Assembly: GCA_047602425.1 (NCBI GenBank) | Contig: JASGHG010000001.1 | Span: 2,144,001 to 2,208,000 of the forward strand | Reading direction: 5' to 3' | Length of the DNA stretch: 64,000 bases | Origin: Nibricoccus sp. | GTDB lineage: Bacteria > Verrucomicrobiota > Verrucomicrobiia > Opitutales > Opitutaceae | Shown: positions 18,731-28,177 of the stretch, piece by piece | How the letters are laid out: each line of letters starts with the position of its first letter | Position numbering within the stretch: the stretch's first letter is position 1 | Translations under genes and position numbers: made by a program | Notes under the pieces: generated by a model | Database searches by the model: none | What the model saw: the letters and a program-made list of their open reading frames with translations, nothing else | Told to the model about the DNA's origin: nothing

Positions 18731-19498
18731 TTAGCGGGCGAGCCAGCCACCGTCGACGGCCACAACGTAACCGTTGATGTAGTCGGATGCCGCCGAGGCC
18801 AGGAAAACAACCGCGCCTTTGAGATCGTCGGGCGTGCCCCAGCGACCAGCGGGAATGCGCTCGAGGATGGCGTTGGCGCGATTCGCGTCGGCGCGGAGAG
18901 GAGCGGTGTTGTCGGTCGCCATGTAGCCGGGAGCGATGGCGTTGGTGTTGATGCCCTTCGAAGCGAGCTCGTTGGCCATGAGGCGAGTGAGGCCGGCAAC
19001 GGCGCTCTTCGAGCAGGTGTAGGAAGGCACGCGGATGCCGCCTTGGAAGGAGAGCATCGACGCAATGTTGATGATCTTGGCCTTCGCGCCGCGGGCGATG
19101 ACATCGCGCACGAAGCATTGGCTCAGCATGAAGACCGCATCGATGTTGATGCCCATGACGTCGTCCCAATCCTTCTCGGTAAAATCGACAAAGTCAGCGC
19201 GGCGAATGATGCCGGCGCAGTTCACCAAGATGTCGAGGCTGGCGAAATGTTTTTTCGCGTCGGTGATGACCTGCGGGATCGCAGCGCGGTCACCGAGATT
19301 GCCGACGATGGCGACGGCTTTGCGGCCGAGGGCCTTGACTTGCTTGACGGTGTCGTCGGCAGGGAGGATGTCGACGGCGACGATGTCAGCGCCGGCTTCG
19401 GCGAGGGCGAGGGCCATGCCCTGGCCAAGGCCGCGGGCCGCACCGGTGACAACGGCGACTTTGCCGTCGAGTTTAAACAGATCGAGGATGGAGCTCAT
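18731..19498 (-). CDS. kduD: 2-dehydro-3-deoxy-D-gluconate 5-dehydrogenase
   Basis: SDR TGAARGLG; IASMLSFQGGIRVPSY..SK; AIAPGYMATDNT; VDGGWLAR; adjacent to kduI. Confidence 0.95.
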   Translation of the reverse strand: MSSILDLFKLDGKVAVVTGAARGLGQGMALALAEAGADIVAVDILPADDTVKQVKALGRKAVAIVGNLGDRAAIPQVITDAKKHFASLDILVNCAGIIRRADFVDFTEKDWDDVMGINIDAVFMLSQCFVRDVIARGAKAKIINIASMLSFQGGIRVPSYTCSKSAVAGLTRLMANELASKGINTNAIAPGYMATDNTAPLRADANRANAILERIPAGRWGTPDDLKGAVVFLASAASDYINGYVVAVDGGWLAR

Positions 19499-19541
19499 TT
19501 TTTATTTCGGATGGGTATGTGGAGGTTGAGCGTGGTTCAGC

Positions 19542-20366
19542 TCAGCGGAGTTCAGAAATCGGTGCGGGGTCCATGTCGGCGAAGACCTGGTTGTCGCCGC
19601 CCATCGCCCAGACAAAACGATAGCTGGCGGTGCCGACGCCTGCGTGGATCGACCACGCCGGGGAAAGGACGGCCTCGCGATCGCGGACGATGAGATGGCG
19701 CGTGGCATGCGGTTCCCCCATCAGGTGGACAACCATCTGGTCGGCCACGTCGAAATAGAGGTAGACTTCGGTTCGGCGACTGTGAGTGTGAGGAGGCATC
19801 GTGTTCCAGACAGAGCCGGGTTCGAATTCGGTAAAACCGAGAACGAGCTGGCAGCTCTTGATGCCGTCGATGTGGATGTATTTGTTGATGCGGCGGCGGT
19901 TGGCCTTGGTGACATCGCCGATGGGGTCGGTCTTGACGTCGGCGCGGCGCATGACGGCTGTCGGGTATTTCGCGTGCGCGGGTGTGCTGACAAAATAGAA
20001 AGCGGCCTGACCGTTCGGACCATTTTCGAAAGAAACGTCTTTTTCGCCGAGACCGACGTAAATGCAGTCGAGTGTACCGAGTTCGTAGCGTTTGCCGGCA
20101 ACGGTCACGATGCCCGGCGATGCGAGATTGAGAATGCCGATTTCGCGACGCTCGAGGAAGAAACTCGTGCCGGTGGCCTTCGCATTCGGAAGAGCAATGG
20201 GGGCTCCGGCAGGGAGCACGCCGCCGATAATCATGCGGTCGAGATCGGTGTAGTGAGCCACGACTTGGCCTGGCTGGAACAAACCTTGGATAAGGAAATT
20301 CTCGCGCAGTTCTTCTGTGCTGAGGATGTTGGTCTGTTGGGGGCTCGGGAAGTAATGAAGTTTCAT
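19542..20366 (-). CDS. kduI: 5-dehydro-4-deoxy-D-glucuronate (DKI) isomerase
   Basis: DRMIIGG, FLERREIG, SCQLVLG, WNTMPPHTHSRRTEVYLYF, SPAWSIHAG. Confidence 0.95.
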   Translation of the reverse strand: MKLHYFPSPQQTNILSTEELRENFLIQGLFQPGQVVAHYTDLDRMIIGGVLPAGAPIALPNAKATGTSFFLERREIGILNLASPGIVTVAGKRYELGTLDCIYVGLGEKDVSFENGPNGQAAFYFVSTPAHAKYPTAVMRRADVKTDPIGDVTKANRRRINKYIHIDGIKSCQLVLGFTEFEPGSVWNTMPPHTHSRRTEVYLYFDVADQMVVHLMGEPHATRHLIVRDREAVLSPAWSIHAGVGTASYRFVWAMGGDNQVFADMDPAPISELR

Positions 20367-20474
20367 CGCAAGATGGGTGTTGTTTGAGTTTTCAGACTGG
20401 AAGGGTTGAGCGCAAGTCCGCACCTCGTGCCGCCACAGGTTAAAAGCACCTGTAGGCGGAGCGGTAAGGCCGCT

Positions 20475-21707
20475 TTATTTGGCGGCGGCCCAAGTCACTT
20501 TAACCGGCGAAGCGAGGCGGGCGGCAAAAGCCTGCAGATATGCCTCCCACTCGGCCTTGGACTTGATTTCGCCGGCGCGGCTCCAAGCGGCTCCCACGTA
20601 GCTCGTGACGGGCTGACCCGACTTGGCTTTGGTGAGGGCGAGAAGGTTGACCACTTCCTTGCCGGTTTCATCCACGAAACCAGCCAGTCTTCCTGGCGGC
20701 AAAACGATCGCGGTGCCAAGGGCGTCGTTGGATTTTTGGACGACCCACTGGCCAAGGATGGCGGACGCTTCGTTTTGGATGACCTCGGTCTTCGGTTCCT
20801 GGTTTTTGTCGGAATTGTTTTTGTTGAGACCAACCGCAACGGTGAGTTCGGCAGGACCGGAGAAGGTGAATGTGCTGTCAATCCGGTCGAGCTGATGGCC
20901 AGCGTCAACGGTGTAGCGTTTGACCTCGGAGACTTTCACGCCGTTGGCGTCCCACGCGTCATAGGTGAGTTCGAAAATGGCGCGGATCGGCCCGTTCGCG
21001 ATGACCTTCCACGTGGTGTAGTTGCGGCCCACATACAAATTGCCGTTCTCGTAAATACCGGTGCCGCCGCAGCCGCAGGATTTACCGACGTTGTACATGT
21101 CCATGCCTTCGCCTTCGTCATGATGATAGTGGTCGTGGCCTTTATTGTACCAACGATCGACGATCGGATAGCTGACGCGTTTGCACCAGATATCGACGCC
21201 ACTGGTGACAAGCACTTCTTTTTTCATGCCTTCGGGAGACGGCGCGGCGAGAGCCTGGCCGTAGGTGCGATGCGCGATCTTGTCGTTTTCCCAAGCGAAG
21301 TCGTCGAGGCGCTCCGGAACGTAACGCGCAAAAGCCTTGGTCGGAAAAATCGGCGAAACCGTTTCGGTTTTCTCCACGGTGAACGTCGCGGATTTTTCGC
21401 CAGCGGCGAAGCTGTACTGAAATATGAGATCGCCGTAAGCGATGCCCTTAACCTCGGGATCCTTGGCGAGCGGCGCCACGTTGGTAACCTGGTAAGGGAG
21501 ACTGTGGCCGGCGGAATCCTTCACCGCGATTTTTTGCAGCAGCGCGTGCGGCAGGGCATTGTTCACTTCGCTCCACGGAATCGTGATGGTTTCGGAAGGC
21601 CGAGCGATCGAGAGATCGTGAGTGACGGTGACGGTGAGTTTTTCAGCGGCGCCAAGCGAGGCCGCGGTCCAGAGGGAAGCGAAAAGAAACAAGGCAGAGG
21701 ATTTCAT
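20475..21707 (-). CDS. Secreted DUF4861-family protein (pectin/uronate catabolism associated)
   Basis: Signal peptide; PERLDDFAWENDKIAHRTYG, SGVDIWCK, YHHDEGEGMDMY.VG.SCG.GG, Y.GAAWS. Confidence 0.85.
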   Translation of the reverse strand: MKSSALFLFASLWTAASLGAAEKLTVTVTHDLSIARPSETITIPWSEVNNALPHALLQKIAVKDSAGHSLPYQVTNVAPLAKDPEVKGIAYGDLIFQYSFAAGEKSATFTVEKTETVSPIFPTKAFARYVPERLDDFAWENDKIAHRTYGQALAAPSPEGMKKEVLVTSGVDIWCKRVSYPIVDRWYNKGHDHYHHDEGEGMDMYNVGKSCGCGGTGIYENGNLYVGRNYTTWKVIANGPIRAIFELTYDAWDANGVKVSEVKRYTVDAGHQLDRIDSTFTFSGPAELTVAVGLNKNNSDKNQEPKTEVIQNEASAILGQWVVQKSNDALGTAIVLPPGRLAGFVDETGKEVVNLLALTKAKSGQPVTSYVGAAWSRAGEIKSKAEWEAYLQAFAARLASPVKVTWAAAK

Positions 21708-21936
21708 GGGGACGAAAGGATGACCGAGGGAAACAATCAGGACAAAAGCCAGCGTTTTAAGGGAAAATTTAAGCGTCAAAGATACGTGTCCGAGAGGCAA
21801 GGGAGATTTCACACAAGTGGCGAGCCGTCTGCCTTCGAACCGTCAGCCTCAGATCCTGTTTTGAGGGCAAAAGAGCGGGCTTTTCGCGAAATGCACTTGG
21901 CTCGACTCGCAAGGCACCGCTTGTTTTTGTGCGACT

Positions 21937-24216
21937 ATGCCGAAGCCGTCCCGTCCCGTCCCGCCAAATCCTGCATTCCAAGGCGAGATTAAATCTCCGA
22001 AGCAGGCGGTCATTTTTTGGGAACGACCTTGGGTATTATGGGTGGTTTTGGTGCTGCTCGCGGGCAGTATCGTCGCAGTTTACTCCAACTCCTTGCGGGT
22101 ACCCAACCATCTCGATGATTTGGATTCGATTGGAAAAAATGAATCGATTAAAAAATTTTCCACCGCCCTATTTCCACCGCGCAACAGCGGCGTAACGGTC
22201 AGCGGCCGGCCGTTACTCAATCTGTCGCTCGCAATTAACTACAGCATTCACGGCACCGACGTGATGGGCTATCACGTTGGTAACATTCTGATTCACGTTG
22301 CAGCCGCTCTTGCGTTGCTGGGTGTGGTGCGCCGGACGCTTCGCTTGCCATTGCTGGTCGAAAAATATGGTCAGCATGCTACACCGCTCGCATTCGGTGT
22401 GGCGGCGCTGTGGGCTTTGCATCCACTGCAAACAGAGTCGGTCACCTATATCATTCAACGCGCGGAATCGCTCGTGGGATTGTGCTATCTATTCACGTTA
22501 TATGCTTTCATACGCAGCTTGGAAAAACCGTCGCGATTCTGGCCTGTCGCGACAATCGTCACGTGCTATCTCGGTATGGCGTCCAAGGAAGTCATGGCCA
22601 CGGCACCCTTGGTGATATTCCTCTTTGATCGGACATTCGTGAGCGGCACGTTTGCGGAAAGCTGGCGACGCCATCGCAATCTTTTTCTTGGAATGGCATC
22701 GAGCTGGCTCTTGCTCCTGGTTTTGGTCATATCGAGTGGCGGCCGCGGAAGCTCGGTGGGCTATGCGGCGGTTTCGGCTTGGGACTACGCCCTTACACAA
22801 ACCTCCGCCGTGATCCGGTATCTCAAGCTTGCGTTCATTCCAAATGACCAAGTGTTCGATTATGGACCCACAGTGGAAAAGACCCCTTCCGTTTTGGTCA
22901 CAAGCACATCTTTGCTCCTGCCACTTTTGGCGACTACCGTCGTCGCGTTGCGAAAATGGCCCATTGCCGGCTTTTTCGGCGCCGTTTTTTTTCTCATTCT
23001 CGCTCCGACCTCCAGCATAGTGCCAGTGGCGACCCAAACGATTGCCGAGCATCGAATGTATCTGTCGCTAGCCGCCTTGTCCGCTGGCGCAGCATTTTTG
23101 TGTTATCGCGGAATGGGCAAGTTCACTATTTGGATGTTGGTTCCCTTGGCAGCTTTACTCGGGATTGTTTCGCACGAACGCAATAAGGTATATTTGACGC
23201 CACGCGCACTCTGGGAAGATACGGTCTTCAAAATGCCCGACAATATTCGTGCACTAAACAATCTCGGCACCGTCTATCTCGATATTGATGAAATTGATGG
23301 TGCATTGAAGTGTTTCGAAGGCGCGCTTGAGCTAGTGCCAACCTTCACAGTCTCGAAAAGCAATTTGGGACGCGCTTTAATATTGAAGGCCGTGAAAAAT
23401 GCGGGCTTGGACAAAGTTAAAGGCGACTTGCTCATGGGCGTAGCTATGGGCGCCGGAGCTAAAGAGTTGGAAACGCTCGCAACCAATGAAATGGTCCAAA
23501 AGGGCCTCAATCTGATGGAATATGCTGTGAAAGCGGATCCCACTAATTCAAACTATGCGCTGTGCTACGGGAACGCGCTTTTGCTGCTCCGTCGGGCAGA
23601 AGAAGCAGTCGAATGGTTGGCAAAGGCCGTGGCTATCGACAATAACAGCCATGATGCGCATTTTGGGTTGGGCAATGCACTCGCCTTTCTGGACCGAAAT
23701 GACGGTGCAGCTTTGCACTTTAATGCAGCTTTGCGCCTGCAAGAGAATGATTCTGAAACCCTCACTAATTATGGTGCGCTCCTCCGCCGAATGGGCCAGG
23801 TTCCGGAATCAATTGCCAAATTGGAGTCAGCGCTGAAGCTCGCACCCAACAACGCCCGTATTCATAGCAACCTCGGAGTGTCTCTTTTGGAAGGCGGACG
23901 AGTAGATGATGCAATTTTTCAATTAAAAGAAGCTCTACGACTCGATCCGGACATACCACAGGCACGCTATAATCTGTCCAATGCACTCGCTGAAACAGGC
24001 CAGCCTCAAGAGGCTATTACTCATTTGGAGGCATTGCTCAGAATCACACCGCCGACTGCGGAACTCGTGAGCAATCTCGGCGTTTTGTACGCACGAGTCG
24101 GCCGCCTTAACGAAGCGGTTCGACTGATGCGCCAAGCGCTCGAGCTCGATCCACAATATAGTCCTGCACAAGAGAATCTCGACAAGATCTCCGCCTATAT
24201 TAACACGCATCGGTAG
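21937..24216 (+). CDS. TMTC-like GT-C membrane glycosyltransferase with C-terminal TPR array
   Basis: DD motif after TM1, RPL, HPLQTESVTYIIQRAESL, SKE, AEHRMYL, followed by multiple TPRs. Confidence 0.82.
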   Translation: MPKPSRPVPPNPAFQGEIKSPKQAVIFWERPWVLWVVLVLLAGSIVAVYSNSLRVPNHLDDLDSIGKNESIKKFSTALFPPRNSGVTVSGRPLLNLSLAINYSIHGTDVMGYHVGNILIHVAAALALLGVVRRTLRLPLLVEKYGQHATPLAFGVAALWALHPLQTESVTYIIQRAESLVGLCYLFTLYAFIRSLEKPSRFWPVATIVTCYLGMASKEVMATAPLVIFLFDRTFVSGTFAESWRRHRNLFLGMASSWLLLLVLVISSGGRGSSVGYAAVSAWDYALTQTSAVIRYLKLAFIPNDQVFDYGPTVEKTPSVLVTSTSLLLPLLATTVVALRKWPIAGFFGAVFFLILAPTSSIVPVATQTIAEHRMYLSLAALSAGAAFLCYRGMGKFTIWMLVPLAALLGIVSHERNKVYLTPRALWEDTVFKMPDNIRALNNLGTVYLDIDEIDGALKCFEGALELVPTFTVSKSNLGRALILKAVKNAGLDKVKGDLLMGVAMGAGAKELETLATNEMVQKGLNLMEYAVKADPTNSNYALCYGNALLLLRRAEEAVEWLAKAVAIDNNSHDAHFGLGNALAFLDRNDGAALHFNAALRLQENDSETLTNYGALLRRMGQVPESIAKLESALKLAPNNARIHSNLGVSLLEGGRVDDAIFQLKEALRLDPDIPQARYNLSNALAETGQPQEAITHLEALLRITPPTAELVSNLGVLYARVGRLNEAVRLMRQALELDPQYSPAQENLDKISAYINTHR

Positions 24217-24324
24217 ATTGCCGTTGAAATGCATTGGCCTTCGTGGCTTGTGACTAGATATAAGGTGTATCGTGCTGGTGAGTCATGGTACGGCCAGGAT
24301 GCCTCTCCGCCAAAAGGTCAAAAC

Positions 24325-24439
24325 AATGACCCCCCCGGAGCAAGCTCCGGGGTATCACAGAAAGGGGCTTCGCCCCGATGGCAGTGGGCGATGTCCATCC
24401 TCGCCGCAAGCAGCGAGGAATTGAGCCGTCCCAATTAAA
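24325..24439. mobile_element. Putative non-autonomous IS200/IS605-like miniature element
   Basis: Two related GCAAGC-centred hairpins (24333-24352 and 24398-24419) around a small ggggc-ttc-gcccc hairpin; no transposase present. Confidence 0.55.
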
Positions 24440-24503
24440 CAATATCAAGATGACCAGGGACGATCTCTGCCTCGTATTTGATGCAGAGTTGTTCGATGAC
24501 ATG

Positions 24504-24534
24504 AAAAAAGCCAGCCGCACAAGGCGGCTGGCTT
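24504..24534 (-). terminator. Rho-independent terminator of the TonB receptor gene
   Basis: aagccagccgc..gcggctggctt stem with an A-run on the left. Confidence 0.85.
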
Positions 24535-24565
24535 GAATGAAATATAATCTACCAGTTGGTTCAGC

Positions 24566-27500
24566 TTAGAACGCGCCTTTTACGCCAACATTGATGCTGG
24601 CGCCATAGTTGCCATTACGCGTGGTGTACAGTTCCCGCTCCTGATAATTGAATTTCGCGGAATTCAGGATGTTGTTCACACCGATGTAAACCGAGGCGTT
24701 CTTGTGCAGTTTGTACTCCATGTTGATGCTGACTACCGTGCGTGGCGCCTGATAAGTGGTCACGTTTGAATTTGCACCCGTTCCCGGTACAAAGAGATCC
24801 AAGTCACGGTTATAACTCAGACCACTGAGGGCGGAAATACGCTTTCCGGTCCAAGTAACAGACGTTTGGGCTTTGAAATTACCCACTTTATAACGGAGGA
24901 TGAAGTTAGCAGAATCAACAGCCATACCATCGCCCGCACCAGGGACGAGAGCCCAAAGGCGTTCTTCTTCAGGTTCAAAATGGCTGTAATTAGCCGTAAC
25001 GCCCAATCCTTTAAGAGCACCCGGCAGGAAGGAGAGTTCCTGACTGTAAGCGAGTTCGTAACCCCACAGCGATGTCTTGGGCCCATTGATCGTTGAACTG
25101 AAATTACTCGCGGCATTGGCCAGCTCAGAATCACTGTATCCGGCTTCACGAAGCTGGGCGAGGATCTCTGGCGAGGCGTTGGTGATGGAGATGCTCGGCT
25201 GAGTCATCTGAATGTCCTTAATATCCTTATAGAAGAACGTAGCTGAGAGCAGGCCGACTGGCTCAAAGTAGTATTCGAGCGAGACGTCGTAATTCCTAGC
25301 CGTCTCAGGTTTCAACGAAGTATTGTTGATCGAAAAATTATACGATGTGCCGTCGTTGTTGTCGGTGGCAGTGATACCGCCTACAACGCTCTGGAAATCA
25401 GGACGCAACACAGAGGCATATGCCGCAGCACGAGCGATTAGATTTTTCGTGATTTGATAACGTGCTTGGACGCTCGGCAGGGTATTGTTGTAATCATGCG
25501 TGCGAGGTACCCGGCCGCCGTATCGATAATAGATGTAATCCATGAACTGAGTGCCGGTCGTACCCACAGCGGTCTTGGCCGTCGTCGTCATGCCCGCGAT
25601 CTGGGTGGTCGTGTAACCAAGGGCAAGAAGCGTGTTATTGCCGCCTTTATCGTCAAATGCACGACCTGTCGTGGTTGTTTTTTCAAAACGAAGGCCAGTC
25701 ACGACGCTAAGGTTCTTAAGGGGCTTGAATGTGCCCATCAGGTAGGCCGCTTTGATCTGTTCTTTCAGGTCGACATCGTTTTGTAGCAAGAAGCGCAAAT
25801 TGTTGTTTACCTGGGCCTGGAATGGGCCCCTTGCAGTAAGGGAAAATGGATCAAAAGCTCCGGAATTTTTGAAGATATCAAAAAGGACCCATTTATTGGG
25901 CGCGGGAGTTTTGGCCGTAGTGCCAAATCGATCCGTGACCGTACCAACGCCACCGCTGAAGCTTTCGCGGAAATCCTGAAGATTGATCGCCGTGGCACTG
26001 GTTGGGCCAGTCGTGAGCGTCATCGTCCAACTTCCTTGGAAATTAGAGATATCGCGGACCTCAAGCGAATTGGCGGCGCCCGCCTTAAATTTGACGGGAA
26101 CAGCCCAATCAGACATATCCAGTTCAACATCGACATTCGCCGTCCACATCTGGTCCTTGGAATTACGGCGTTCGTTACGCACCAAACCGTTTGAATTATA
26201 GTTACCGAGATCAAACAAGCTGCCGGTGTTCGCGGCACCACCAGCCGTCGTGTTTATTTGCGTGATGGCGACATCGTCGTCGGCAAGGCGGTTGTGCGAC
26301 CAGCTTACGCCACGCATTTCGGCCTGGACGAGCGAGAAATAACCATCCTGTCCAGAGGTATATGCATTCTTAGCTTGGGAGTAGGAAACTGAACCGTCCA
26401 CCTTGAGGTTGTCGCGTTTCCAGCTGACTGCCGGACTAACGATGAATGTGCCACCGCTCTTCCGCTGGTTACTTCCGGCAACGCGAGCGTAATTGCTGCT
26501 GCTGGCGTTGGTGGTGGAAAGATGGTCTGCAGATACTTCAGTGATATTGACATTGCCGGTTGCAGCCGTGGTTCCGTTAACCAGCCAATTACGATTATAG
26601 AACTCCGAACGGTAATAACCGTAGTTTGTACGCAGGGACAGCTTCAGGTCCTCAGAAACCTTGTAGTCGAAATTCAACAGGAACGAGTCACGCCACGTCG
26701 GCTTGAGACCATGTTGGAAATTCCAAGTCGTAATCGTAGGAATTTCTGTGCTGTTGTTATCAGGATTTGAATCGAAAGAATTGGTGCCGATCACAATACG
26801 TTGTTCGGCATAGGCACCGGAATGTGCAACTGATGCAACCATACCGAGCTTGCCATCGAAGAAGGTGTCGACCCATTCGATTTTGGCACCAGGCAGCGCC
26901 TTATAGTGCTCAGTGTTATCCCAACCCTTCGACTCCTTAAGATTAATATTCCACTCATTGAAGTTCAAACTGCCTTGGTATTTGATCGAGCGACCCTTTT
27001 GATTAAAGGCGCTCTTGCTAACGGCATTGATATTACCGGCAAGATTCGGCGTCATCATGTCAGGTGTCGGAGTCTTAGTGGATTCGATGGTGTCCATGGC
27101 GGCCATCGAAACCTGCTCGAGTTCGAGCTGACGGCCGGTCGAGATATTCGAAGAAGCTGCATTGGCAATCGGATGGAAATCCATCGTCGTGGTGTTGTAC
27201 TTCGGGGGAAGGCCGCGGATACGGGTCGAGCGGGCATCGTTGTCGACATAGTCTACGCTCACGCCGGGAAGCAGCTTGAGGAATTCACCGACGTTACCTT
27301 CGGAAACGTCGCCGAAGGCGTCAGCCGCGACGACCGTCTTAAGGTTTAGAGCTACGCGCTGTTCGACGATGGCTTTGGCGTTACCTTCACGAGCGCCGGA
27401 CACGGAAAACGTGCCGAGCTTGATCGTGTCGCCGTAGTCGGCGGTGGCCATGCTGAAGTCCTGCGTTACGGTGCCTTCGGCCGGAACCGTGACCGTAACT

Positions 27501-27805
27501 TCTTGTGTGTCGAGACCGGTGTAAGAGGCGGAAAGCTTAACTTCTCCTGCCGGAACTCCCGTGATCGTGTAAACACCACCCTCTTCGGTATTGGCACTCT
27601 TGTCCGTGCCTACAACCTGAACTTGGGCGTATTTGAGGTACTCACCGGTACCTTGATTGATCACGCGGCCGGTAATGGTTGCGTTTTGCGCGGACGCGGT
27701 GACGGCCAGCGCAGCGAAACTGAGCAGCATCGCCAGCGATCCGGCGAAACGGCGGAAAATGGACGGGCATTGCCCGCCCAACGTAGTAGTTTGGGTGTGG
27801 TTCAT
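24566..27805 (-). CDS. TonB-dependent receptor with N-terminal carboxypeptidase-regulatory-like domain
   Basis: ITGRV N-domain; plug motif NVGEFLKLLPGVS..IRGL; NTSLKPETARNYDVSLEYYF; C-terminal Phe. Confidence 0.92.
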   Translation of the reverse strand: MNHTQTTTLGGQCPSIFRRFAGSLAMLLSFAALAVTASAQNATITGRVINQGTGEYLKYAQVQVVGTDKSANTEEGGVYTITGVPAGEVKLSASYTGLDTQEVTVTVPAEGTVTQDFSMATADYGDTIKLGTFSVSGAREGNAKAIVEQRVALNLKTVVAADAFGDVSEGNVGEFLKLLPGVSVDYVDNDARSTRIRGLPPKYNTTTMDFHPIANAASSNISTGRQLELEQVSMAAMDTIESTKTPTPDMMTPNLAGNINAVSKSAFNQKGRSIKYQGSLNFNEWNINLKESKGWDNTEHYKALPGAKIEWVDTFFDGKLGMVASVAHSGAYAEQRIVIGTNSFDSNPDNNSTEIPTITTWNFQHGLKPTWRDSFLLNFDYKVSEDLKLSLRTNYGYYRSEFYNRNWLVNGTTAATGNVNITEVSADHLSTTNASSSNYARVAGSNQRKSGGTFIVSPAVSWKRDNLKVDGSVSYSQAKNAYTSGQDGYFSLVQAEMRGVSWSHNRLADDDVAITQINTTAGGAANTGSLFDLGNYNSNGLVRNERRNSKDQMWTANVDVELDMSDWAVPVKFKAGAANSLEVRDISNFQGSWTMTLTTGPTSATAINLQDFRESFSGGVGTVTDRFGTTAKTPAPNKWVLFDIFKNSGAFDPFSLTARGPFQAQVNNNLRFLLQNDVDLKEQIKAAYLMGTFKPLKNLSVVTGLRFEKTTTTGRAFDDKGGNNTLLALGYTTTQIAGMTTTAKTAVGTTGTQFMDYIYYRYGGRVPRTHDYNNTLPSVQARYQITKNLIARAAAYASVLRPDFQSVVGGITATDNNDGTSYNFSINNTSLKPETARNYDVSLEYYFEPVGLLSATFFYKDIKDIQMTQPSISITNASPEILAQLREAGYSDSELANAASNFSSTINGPKTSLWGYELAYSQELSFLPGALKGLGVTANYSHFEPEEERLWALVPGAGDGMAVDSANFILRYKVGNFKAQTSVTWTGKRISALSGLSYNRDLDLFVPGTGANSNVTTYQAPRTVVSINMEYKLHKNASVYIGVNNILNSAKFNYQERELYTTRNGNYGASINVGVKGAF

Positions 27806-28177
27806 GTCAGTAAGCAGAGGGATCGGTGTGTATGAAGCACTCAGTAAGTAACTGAATACAGCTGGGTTAGGATCGTATTGAAACAGCGTTTTGGAGGCGC
27901 CGGTTCCAATCTAGGGAAGGAAGCCTTGGCATTGAGAGATTTTTGTAAAATCGAGTCAATCCCAAATCCCGGACACATGTCTGAATCGCTGCGCCAATCA
28001 CTTGACAAAACATGGCCTGCGCTTTTGCAAATTCTTCGGGAAATCGAGCCCGACGATGGCAAATCGCGCCTTAACGCCGCCATTTTGCCTTTGTCGTTTT
28101 GTAGGGGATTCTCTCAAACCGGCCGTTAGGACTAAATTATTCTCGACCATTGTTGTTGGTTAGTTTTTTCGGTGCGA

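Noticed and set aside
28013..28030. TGGC..TTGC as a sigma-54 promoter
   Set aside because: The GG-to-GC spacing is 11 bases rather than the strict 10.
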